NCBI GenBank assembly: GCA_031551645.1
Contig: JAVBNI010000246.1
Span: 2,646 to 66,645, forward strand
Source: Bacteroidales bacterium
GTDB taxonomy: Bacteria; Bacteroidota; Bacteroidia; Bacteroidales; UBA4181
Direction: 5' to 3'
Length of the DNA stretch: 64,000 nucleotides
In this document: positions 57,326 to 64,000 of the stretch, piece after piece
Numbering within the stretch: the first letter of the stretch is position 1
Layout of the letters: every line of letters begins with the position of its first letter
The notes under the pieces: model-generated
Seen by the model: the letters and a program-made list of their open reading frames with translations, nothing else
Database searches by the model: none
Told to the model about the DNA's origin: nothing
Program-made: the position numbers and the translations under genes

Positions 57326-59107
57326 TTACCACGGCTTATTGGTTCCTTGCAGTAACCACATTTTACTCCACTGGGTATCTTCTGCCGGTTCCAGCTTGCC
57401 AACTGCATCGGTAACGCTCTTATTGTTAAGATTTTTCTCGCCGTCAGGGTATATAAAGCGTATCGAAATTTTATTACCGTTACTTCCGAGAATCAGGTTA
57501 GCGCCGAGATTGGGAACGCCTGTCCTGCGCCAGTCAAACCAAAATTCCGGCGTCATAAAACAGGCCAGCCACTTTTGTGTCATCAACAGGGTCAGTCGTT
57601 CGTCATCACCGGCAGCGTTGTTGAATTGAGTGGTTAGGTTTGCGAGGAATGCGCTTTCGTCATAGGCAACCAAGGCATCGGTGTTTGAATCGTAAACTAT
57701 CAAACTTCCGTTTTTAATATCATACTGGCGCATGCTTGCCGTTATGCCCGCCTGATAGTGGCCAACTGCCGTTCCGTTGCTGATCCATCCTTTCAGACTG
57801 GCTTCCGCCAAAATAAAATTGAGTTCGGCATAGCTCATAAGAACTGCTTTTACCAGCGGATCTACATTTTTAGCATAAATATCGCCGAGATAAGAAACAG
57901 CCGGGTTAGCAGCCAAATCGATATAAATGCTTGAATTTAAGGCTTTGATAGCATTAAAATCGGCACCGGAGCGAAAGTTGTAATCATCAGGGAACTGCAT
58001 TGCGGGTGGCAATCCGACATACCTGTAAGTATTGAGTTCGTCAATACCCGAAGTGGAAATAGGAACATTTCTTACAATTTGTCCATCGGCAAGTTTTACA
58101 TAAGCAGGGGTTTCGTCGCTAATCCGCAGTTGCGTGTCTACTGGACGGATGAATGTGGTCAACCGGGGGTCGTTGCCGGTCCTCATTGCATCGACAAAGG
58201 TAGCGCACGGTTTACGCCGGTAGAACTCCGAGCGGTTTGTCCGGTAGAGTGGGCCTCCATACCAAGAAGTTGCGGCATTTGTGCCAAGGTATGAAATGGC
58301 GGCATTGTCGTCGTTTGAAGTAAAAATCGGGTTGGCCGAACTGTTTCCTGTGATGGCATTAAATTCAGCTTTAACATCGACACCGATGGCATTCATATCG
58401 GACAGTTTTTCTGACAACCTCAACAAATATCTCAAACGAAGCGAGTTGGCAAATTTTCTCCATTTCAAAACATCGCCCTGGAACAAAATATCGCTTACCG
58501 ATGCCCCATCGACAGATGATACCTGCGCCAAAAGATCGTTGGCCGATTTTAAATCTTCCAATATCCCTTTGAATATATCCTTCTGATTGTCGTAAACCGG
58601 CATAAAATTGCCTTTTTCGGCTTGCATTGCCTCAGAATATGGAATATCGCCATACAATGAAGTTAAATAACCATACCAGAAACTGCGCATAATCTGACCT
58701 ACGGCAGTATAAAATTTTTGGTTGTCTTCCAACGTTTCGAACTGTGCATTCTCGAATATATATTGGCTGTTTTTTATTGAAGAATAACCGTCCGTAAAAT
58801 CCTGAGGTCCCCACACAAGAGTATTAGGCCCCTGGAAGTCAATATAGTCGCGTTGAAGGTATTGCATCGCTTCGGAAATCGTCCTCCCTCCGCCGTAAAC
58901 ATATTCATACAAATAATTGCGCCCGGAACCCGACAGAAGAGATGTGAGAACATATTTTATATTTATATCGCTACTGTTTAACTGGTTCGGATTTACGTTG
59001 ATTTCTGTAAGATCTTCACATGAAGTTGCCGGCAGTAAAACGATTACAATAAAGCAGGTGAATATGATTTTCACCTTTTTCATCTTTTTTAATATATTTG
59101 TTTTCAT
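57326..59107 (-). CDS. SusD/RagB family lipoprotein
   Basis: Lipobox ATSC, INVNPN, YGDIPYSEA, KWRKFANSLRLR, MSYAELNFILAEA, WFDWRRTG. Confidence 0.93.
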   Translation of the reverse strand: MKTNILKKMKKVKIIFTCFIVIVLLPATSCEDLTEINVNPNQLNSSDINIKYVLTSLLSGSGRNYLYEYVYGGGRTISEAMQYLQRDYIDFQGPNTLVWGPQDFTDGYSSIKNSQYIFENAQFETLEDNQKFYTAVGQIMRSFWYGYLTSLYGDIPYSEAMQAEKGNFMPVYDNQKDIFKGILEDLKSANDLLAQVSSVDGASVSDILFQGDVLKWRKFANSLRLRYLLRLSEKLSDMNAIGVDVKAEFNAITGNSSANPIFTSNDDNAAISYLGTNAATSWYGGPLYRTNRSEFYRRKPCATFVDAMRTGNDPRLTTFIRPVDTQLRISDETPAYVKLADGQIVRNVPISTSGIDELNTYRYVGLPPAMQFPDDYNFRSGADFNAIKALNSSIYIDLAANPAVSYLGDIYAKNVDPLVKAVLMSYAELNFILAEASLKGWISNGTAVGHYQAGITASMRQYDIKNGSLIVYDSNTDALVAYDESAFLANLTTQFNNAAGDDERLTLLMTQKWLACFMTPEFWFDWRRTGVPNLGANLILGSNGNKISIRFIYPDGEKNLNNKSVTDAVGKLEPAEDTQWSKMWLLQGTNKPW

Positions 59108-59119
59108 CTTTTTACAATT

Positions 59120-62100
59120 TTAAAAGGATATATTAACTTTAAAACCTACAGGCATAACAACCGGCGCGGCATTCCACGTGCTTCTTCCCCTTTGTAATGA
59201 GCCTATGCTTGTTGTTCCATTATTATAATAGATTGATTCCGGATCCTGATTGGTTTTATTGCCGGAATACAGCAGAATGTTCCTCATAAATCCTGAAATG
59301 GTGATGCTCTGGGCGAAAACTTTTTGTGACAGCGATTTGGGTAATGTATATGAAATGGCTATTTCCCTGAGTTTTACGAAAGAAGCGTCGTAAAACCATT
59401 TGTTTGCGGTTCCCGTGTCCCAGTATCCGCCTGATGGCTGAAATATGTCGTAAGCTTTGACGTATTTGGTTTTGTCTGCGCCAAAATTTTCAATATAACC
59501 GCCATTGCCGTCGGAAATAACACCAGGGAAGAATGCCCCTTCATATTCTCCGGTTGAGTACAGAAATCCGCCTAGATCCTGTGTCCGTCCGCCAATCCAT
59601 ACATTATCCTGATAAATTTCGGGATGCGACTTAATTTCGTTGGCCAAAGCGTTGTTATCGCCATTGAATGAAAGATTGCTGAGCATCCCGGTGAAAGTGC
59701 TTGAATTGGCGTCGTCGTGGAAATATTCAACTTTTCCGGCCCTTGTCAGCCGCATCATCGTCTGGTCGTAATATTGTCCGCCTTGGCGCCAGTCGAAACT
59801 CATCGAAAGGGTAATATTTTTGTACGAAAAGCTGGTTTGCAGCCCCATCATAAAATCGTGCATAAAATTACCTGCTTTTATCAGTGCGGCATTATCATTA
59901 TTCCGTTGCACTTTGCCGTTTGAATTGAGCAAGGCCCACCCGTAATACGGACTGTTTTTATCTTCAACTCTTATCACATCTTTGGTGTAAATATCGCCGA
60001 TTTGATCCCCTACCTTGGTTATGGCGAATACGTGTGTGCTTTCCCAGAATTGAAACTGATCGATACCTTCGGTCAACTCTTTCAACTTACTTCTTTCGCG
60101 GGTGAAGTTTACGTGAATATCCCAGTTCCAATCTTTGGATCGTATCGGAGCCGCATTCAGTCCTATTTCGATACCTTTGTTTTCAACATTTCCGGCATTA
60201 ATTTTTGCGGCGGTATAGCCCGATGTCGGAGATGTTGTAGCATCCAATATCTGATTGGTATTCTGAACTTTATAATAAGTAAAATCGAAGCCCAAGCGGT
60301 TATTGAACAACGAAATGTCTGTTCCGGCCTCGAAAGCCTTGGCAATCTCCGGTTTCAGGTTGATATTAGGCAGGCTGTTCGGCACCGTATACGTTGTGCT
60401 GCTTCCCCATGTTCCCTGTTTCAACACTGTAGCGATAACATAAGGATCGGTATCCTTACCTACCTGTGATATGCCTCCCCTGAGTTTAAACAAGCTAACC
60501 CACGACGGAAGTTCTATCATTTCATTGACCAATACGCTGAGCGAAGCCGACGGGTAAAAATACGAACGGTTATCGGGAGGCAACGTACTCGACCAGTCGT
60601 TTCTTGCGGTTGCATAGAAATAAATCATGTTACTATAACTCACATTCAGTAAGCCGTATACGCTGTAAATATTTTTTTTAGAGATATAGGAACTATATTC
60701 CAATCCACCCCTGTCCACATTAGAAAGCGTATAAAGTCCGGCCAGTACTAGCGGGTAACCGCCTGACGACATGCTATAATAGCGTTGTGTCATCTCGTTG
60801 CCCCCTATTGACGGTTCGATTTCAAATTTCCCGAATCTTTTCTTGTAGGAAAGCAGGAAATCGGCATTCATCTCCCTCATGTTACTGATGGTTTGATTGT
60901 ATTGACCCTTAGGCCTGTTTTCTCCGCCGCCATCACCGCCATAACTCGACCATGCCTGCCTGTAAGTCCTTTTGTAATTTTCGCTGTTTAATGAATAGCG
61001 GCCCATGAGTTTCAAATCGGGAATAATCTCGTATTCGAGTTTCATGTTTCCAAGTGCCCTGAACCTGTCAAAACCGTCCCTGAGTTCGTAGGCTGCAAAC
61101 CACGGGTTATCGTGTGCTGTATTAAAGTTCCGCTGCTGTACATCGGGCGTTACCCAGTAATCTTTAAGATCGTTGACGTTAATATGGGGCGGAACCTGGT
61201 AAACGGCCATATACTGTGTCTCACCCGCGTTTTTCAACGGATAATTATCTGAACTGGGGTTTATAATGTCAACATTGGCAGAAATCTTCACTTTCTCTGT
61301 AATGTTGTAAACAGCCGCCAAATTTACCCCGTTCCGTTTCAGTTCGACGCCGGGATAAACACCACTGGCATTGAGATGGGAAATCCCTAACCTGAAACTG
61401 CCTTTATCATACGAACCGCTTACGCTGACATCATAAACCATTTCATGTCCGGTTTCGAAATAATTCTTAAGATTGTCTTTGTAGAAAACTAACGGTTTCT
61501 CTTCTCCGTTTGTATTCCATTGAATGGCAGAAGCACCTTCTTCCGGGCCATTCCATTGTTGATAAGAGTTTTCGTTCAATACGCCGCTGATACCGGAAGT
61601 AAATCTGTTTTGCAACTTAATGAATTTGTAAGGGCGGGAATAAGTAGAACCGATACCCACATCAACACCAATCCCTTTTCTACCCGTTTTTCCCGATTTA
61701 CTCGTAATCAGGATAACGCCGGCGCCTGCCCTTGAGCCGTAAAGCGCTGCGGCACTCGGGCCTTTTAAAACAGAAACACTTTCAATATTATCAGGACTGA
61801 TATCTTTCATAATCTTTTGGTCGCCGGAAGGCACGCCATCGATAACGACCAGCGGATTATTGTTGTCGGTAAGCGAAGTGATACCCCTGATATTTATAAA
61901 AACATCGCTGTTAACATCGTTTGATGTACTTGTAATCTGTACCCCCGACATTTTTCCGGCCAATGCGCCGGTAAGGTCTTTTTGTGGTACGCGGGTCATC
62001 GATTCCGATTGTACCTCGCCCACAGAATAACCCAAAGCTTTTTTCTCACGCTTAATGCCTAAAGCGGTGACAACCACTTCTTCAAGTTCCTGGATGTTTT

Positions 62101-62695
62101 CATTAAGCGTAACATCAATTACTAGCTGGTTTTCCACCGGAACTTCTTTTGTAATATAACCGATAAAGGAATAGACCAAAACGGCATCACGATTAGGAAC
62201 AACTATCTTGTATTTCCCATCGAGATCTGTCACGATCCCGGTTGTCGTCCCTTTCACGGAAATGTTTACACCCGGGAGAGATCCGCCATTGTCCGTAACC
62301 GTACCTGTAATCGTGATACCCTGTTGTTCAAATGGTGTAATAATCACAATATCACCTTCCATAAACTCGACGGAAGCTGGCGTGTTATGGAATATCTGTT
62401 CAAGAATTGACCGGATATCTGCATTCTGGGCTTTCAAAGTTACCTTTTTATCTAATACATTAAAATCGTCGCTATAGAAAAACCGATAATTGCTTTGAGA
62501 CTCTAATGTTTTTAAAACTTCTTTGATCGAAGTATAGCCAATGTCGCTATTCAAGTTGATATTTTGTGAAAAAGCATTAGCATATACATTCAAAGAAGCC
62601 ACTACTATCAGTATGAATGATAACTTCATAGTAAGAAAAATAATTTTATTCTTAAAAAATGAATTAAAGAATTGAAAATAAGAAATATTTGTCAT
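59120..62695 (-). CDS. SusC/RagA TonB-dependent transporter with N-terminal STN signalling domain
   Basis: EEVVVTALGIKREKKALGYSV, LKGPSAAALYGSRA, RNDWSSTLP, DASFVKLREI, terminal F; STN-like extension. Confidence 0.95.
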   Translation of the reverse strand: MTNISYFQFFNSFFKNKIIFLTMKLSFILIVVASLNVYANAFSQNINLNSDIGYTSIKEVLKTLESQSNYRFFYSDDFNVLDKKVTLKAQNADIRSILEQIFHNTPASVEFMEGDIVIITPFEQQGITITGTVTDNGGSLPGVNISVKGTTTGIVTDLDGKYKIVVPNRDAVLVYSFIGYITKEVPVENQLVIDVTLNENIQELEEVVVTALGIKREKKALGYSVGEVQSESMTRVPQKDLTGALAGKMSGVQITSTSNDVNSDVFINIRGITSLTDNNNPLVVIDGVPSGDQKIMKDISPDNIESVSVLKGPSAAALYGSRAGAGVILITSKSGKTGRKGIGVDVGIGSTYSRPYKFIKLQNRFTSGISGVLNENSYQQWNGPEEGASAIQWNTNGEEKPLVFYKDNLKNYFETGHEMVYDVSVSGSYDKGSFRLGISHLNASGVYPGVELKRNGVNLAAVYNITEKVKISANVDIINPSSDNYPLKNAGETQYMAVYQVPPHINVNDLKDYWVTPDVQQRNFNTAHDNPWFAAYELRDGFDRFRALGNMKLEYEIIPDLKLMGRYSLNSENYKRTYRQAWSSYGGDGGGENRPKGQYNQTISNMREMNADFLLSYKKRFGKFEIEPSIGGNEMTQRYYSMSSGGYPLVLAGLYTLSNVDRGGLEYSSYISKKNIYSVYGLLNVSYSNMIYFYATARNDWSSTLPPDNRSYFYPSASLSVLVNEMIELPSWVSLFKLRGGISQVGKDTDPYVIATVLKQGTWGSSTTYTVPNSLPNINLKPEIAKAFEAGTDISLFNNRLGFDFTYYKVQNTNQILDATTSPTSGYTAAKINAGNVENKGIEIGLNAAPIRSKDWNWDIHVNFTRERSKLKELTEGIDQFQFWESTHVFAITKVGDQIGDIYTKDVIRVEDKNSPYYGWALLNSNGKVQRNNDNAALIKAGNFMHDFMMGLQTSFSYKNITLSMSFDWRQGGQYYDQTMMRLTRAGKVEYFHDDANSSTFTGMLSNLSFNGDNNALANEIKSHPEIYQDNVWIGGRTQDLGGFLYSTGEYEGAFFPGVISDGNGGYIENFGADKTKYVKAYDIFQPSGGYWDTGTANKWFYDASFVKLREIAISYTLPKSLSQKVFAQSITISGFMRNILLYSGNKTNQDPESIYYNNGTTSIGSLQRGRSTWNAAPVVMPVGFKVNISF

Positions 62696-62711
62696 AATAT
62701 TGTCTTTGATT

Positions 62712-62804
62712 TATTAATAATCATTTCTTTTCGGACGCCACCCCGGCAAGGGTCTTCCGAAAAATCTCTAGGGGGAAGCCCTCTGCAACAGGGCTTCCTT
62801 TTTT
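62712..62804 (+). ncRNA. Candidate cis-antisense sRNA in the susC leader (DonS-like)
   Basis: Plus-strand TGTCTTTG box at 62701-62708, hairpin TTTTCGGA...TCCGAAAA, then GGAAGCCCT-CTGCAAC-AGGGCTTCC followed by TTTTTT, a terminator oriented antisense to susC. Confidence 0.55.
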
Positions 62805-62847
62805 AATACACTTTGAATATCTCCATAGGCTTTTGAGGGTTTATTGG

Positions 62848-63969
62848 TTACATATTTTTTAAGTTGAATTCTTTAGCCAACTGTCTATCAAGGCTAATAA
62901 AGATTTTATTTTTTTCAAAAGAATACTTCAGAGGAATCGTACGTCGTAATATGGTCATCACCTGCTCAATGGTTTCGCGTTGAATGCTACCCGAAAAATG
63001 GTAATTCATTACCTCATTTGAATCAAATACAATAGATACATTATACCGGCGCTCAAAATCTTTGGCTAAGGCGCCTAACTTTTGTTTCTCAATCACCCAA
63101 AGGTCGTCTTTCCACGAAGTATATAATTCCGGGTTGATATTATTTTCAATAACAACCGGTTCGGAAATAACTTGCGCAATTGCTTCTGATTGATCCGAGA
63201 CTGATTCGGCTTGTTCTTTTGGTACTTTGTCTGTATAATAAGTAATATTCTCATTGGGGCGCATCTCAAGCGAAAACAATTTATTTTTTTCATCTTTTCC
63301 TTCGATGGTTACTTTCCCTTTCACCAGCGTAGTAGTGATAGCTTTATCTTCCGGATATGCTTTTACATTAAATGTGGTTCCATAAGCTTTGATGGAAAGG
63401 CCTCCCGCTTTTACCACAAACGGTTTTTCCGGATTAGTCACTACTTCGAAACAACCTTCGCCTGTAAGCTGTACCTCTCTTTCCTCTTCTCCATATGTAT
63501 TGTTGTATGTCAATCGGCTACCGCCATTTAACCAAACTTTTGTCCCATCGGGCATGTCTATCATACTTTGTGACCCCATCTTAGCCTGTATCGTTGTAGT
63601 AGCTGTCATCATTGATTCGATTTCAGCAAATTGCCCATCATGCAAGTACCAACCTAATGCACCAGCGCCAATCACAATGATAACCCACGAAGCCGCGATC
63701 CTTTGCCATGTCCAGAAGCCATGCTGCATTTTTCGATTATATCTCGAAGTTTTGTCTATTAGTTTCAATAGACTCATTTCCTTTTCTTTACTTTGAGTAT
63801 CTACCCCAGCTAATGTCCATGCATTCCGAATTTCATTAAAATATTTTTTGTGGTCAGGCGATTCGTCAATCCACACTTTCAATATGGACAGCTCGTCCGG
63901 CTCCAACAAATCGGATAAATGTGCGGAAATCAATTGTTTAATTTGATCGGGTACTCTCATATAAGGCAT
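62848..63969 (-). CDS. FecR family anti-sigma factor
   Basis: One TM helix, MPDGTKVWLNGGS, LTGEGCFEV, GTTFNVKAY, YTSWKD. Confidence 0.93.
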   Translation of the reverse strand: MPYMRVPDQIKQLISAHLSDLLEPDELSILKVWIDESPDHKKYFNEIRNAWTLAGVDTQSKEKEMSLLKLIDKTSRYNRKMQHGFWTWQRIAASWVIIVIGAGALGWYLHDGQFAEIESMMTATTTIQAKMGSQSMIDMPDGTKVWLNGGSRLTYNNTYGEEEREVQLTGEGCFEVVTNPEKPFVVKAGGLSIKAYGTTFNVKAYPEDKAITTTLVKGKVTIEGKDEKNKLFSLEMRPNENITYYTDKVPKEQAESVSDQSEAIAQVISEPVVIENNINPELYTSWKDDLWVIEKQKLGALAKDFERRYNVSIVFDSNEVMNYHFSGSIQRETIEQVMTILRRTIPLKYSFEKNKIFISLDRQLAKEFNLKNM

Positions 63970-64000
63970 TCTAAAGGTTAAGACAGGATTTTAATCAAAT

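Noticed and set aside
57118-57408. 96-aa minus-strand ORF across the yitT-susD spacer
   Set aside because: Overlaps the susD end out of frame and runs through hairpins; better explained as non-coding structure.

Overview
Bacteroidota (probably Bacteroidales) chromosomal segment, judged from TAnnTTTG -7 promoter boxes, a T9SS C-terminal domain, SusC/SusD and a DPP7 peptidase. Left flank (1-8.0 kb): partial copA with an AraC regulator, a frameshifted RDD protein, an AI-2E transporter, DPP7 and a short-chain chromate transporter. The centre (8.2-52.9 kb) is a ~45 kb surface-glycan super-locus. It holds a complete pseudaminic acid pathway (pseBCFGHI) with an ACP/adenylation/ketoreductase/GNAT/deacetylase tailoring set. 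That set is interrupted by a 4 kb cassette encoding two paralogous exported proteins and a T9SS-secreted protein with a Cys/His papain-like motif set. After a truncated DegT gene comes an AT-rich block: a 950-aa Ig-stalk/kelch lipoprotein, a complete legionaminic acid pathway, wzx, a candidate nonulosonate transferase, LicD, a 2-aminoethylphosphonate pathway with cytidylyltransferase and methyltransferase, a CDP-6-deoxyhexose pathway, GT2s, wzy, a Gnu-like epimerase and a mosaic O-antigen ligase. Right flank: a tetraheme NapC/NirT-FGE-domain fusion with a Tat-exported Gfo/Idh/MocA oxidoreductase, yitT, a candidate structured ncRNA, and a fecR-susC-susD unit with a candidate cis-antisense sRNA. 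Best candidates for undescribed systems: the T9SS effector plus paralog-pair cassette, the cytochrome-FGE/oxidoreductase pair, the methylated phosphono-nonulosonate glycan, the stalked kelch lipoprotein and the 57.2 kb RNA. All calls rest on motif recognition by eye; no database searches were run.
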